Shown here piece after piece: positions 63,268-64,000 of a stretch of DNA of 64,000 nucleotides. The stretch's first letter is position 1. Each line of letters opens with the position of its first letter. The translations under genes and the position numbers were made by a program. This stretch comes from Eledone cirrhosa (Eukaryota), in assembly GCA_964016885.1 (NCBI GenBank), contig OZ024762.1:8122001-8186000 (forward strand), in the 5' to 3' direction. The notes under the pieces were generated by a model. That model made no database searches. It saw nothing but the letters and a program-made list of their open reading frames with translations, and was not told the origin of the DNA.

Positions 63268-64000
63268 TATATATATATGTAAAAGGTAAACAGAAATAAC
63301 AACACAATCGGTACAGTATATGGACGGAATATATTAGGTTAATGCTTGAAATATCAGGAAGAGGGTCTTACATTTCGGATGCTAGTCCTTCATCAGAAGA
63401 AAGAATGAGAAATAAGATAGATTAAAGGGAATGGCAGGGTGGAATTGGAAAAGACGGGTGAGAGGAAGGTGGTTTCAGGAGTGGAATGGGCTCCGCCAAG
63501 CTTAAAATGCTGAAGAAACGCTGAATATCAAAATGGCACCCTTAACACTCCATTAGAAGTTACGGGACCATACCACAAATTATGGTGGTGTGGGGGTGAT
63601 GGCGGTGGTGGGTAGTGATGGTGGTGGTGTAGTGATGGTGGCTTTGGGGGGAGTGATGGTGATGGTGGTGGAGGTGGTATTGTCGGAGGTGGTGGTGTGG
63701 AATAGTAATAGGGGTAGTGATGGTGGTGGGGTGGTGGTTGTGGTGATGGTGGAGGGGTGGTGGTAGTGGTGATGGTGGCAATGGTGATAGTGATAACGGT
63801 GGTAGAGGTGTGAGGGGTTAGTGATGGCGATGGTGGTAGTGACGTCACACCAGATGTAGTATTACACAGCTATCTAAGTGGTGCTTCTCCCCCCCCTCTC
63901 TATCGCCCTCAGTCATTCTACCGCCCGCCCCCCTCTCACCCTGTCATTCTCTCCCCCTCTCTCTCTCTCACCTCTCTCTCACCCTGTCATTCTCTCCCTT

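Overview
Repeat-dominated, non-coding eukaryotic DNA (intronic or intergenic). The SINE families, huge (TA)n/(CA)n/(CAT)n/(ACC)n tracts and LINE types point to a coleoid cephalopod, probably an octopus; this is inferred from repeat recognition only. No intact protein-coding gene can be supported, and almost all ORFs in the track are translations of simple or tandem repeats. Recognisable content: decayed non-LTR retrotransposons (R4/Dong-like RT, L1/Tx1, CR1-group, RTE), a Helitron helicase remnant, about 12 copies of a TTAA-flanked piggyBac-type MITE, three SINE families, hAT-like ends, a solo-LTR-like insert and several young minisatellites (32, 34, 35, 46, 56 and 73 bp units). The most striking signal is a high density of fold-back inverted duplications. 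Several carry type I hammerhead ribozyme motifs (CUGANGA-stem II-GAAA-short stem III-UH-stem I), one on each strand and pointing outward, as expected of Penelope-like pseudo-LTR remnants. One family shows compensatory stem changes between copies. A separate CpG-rich fold-back element recurs in (TA)n tracts with a fixed breakpoint. A few isolated candidate exons are noted at low confidence.
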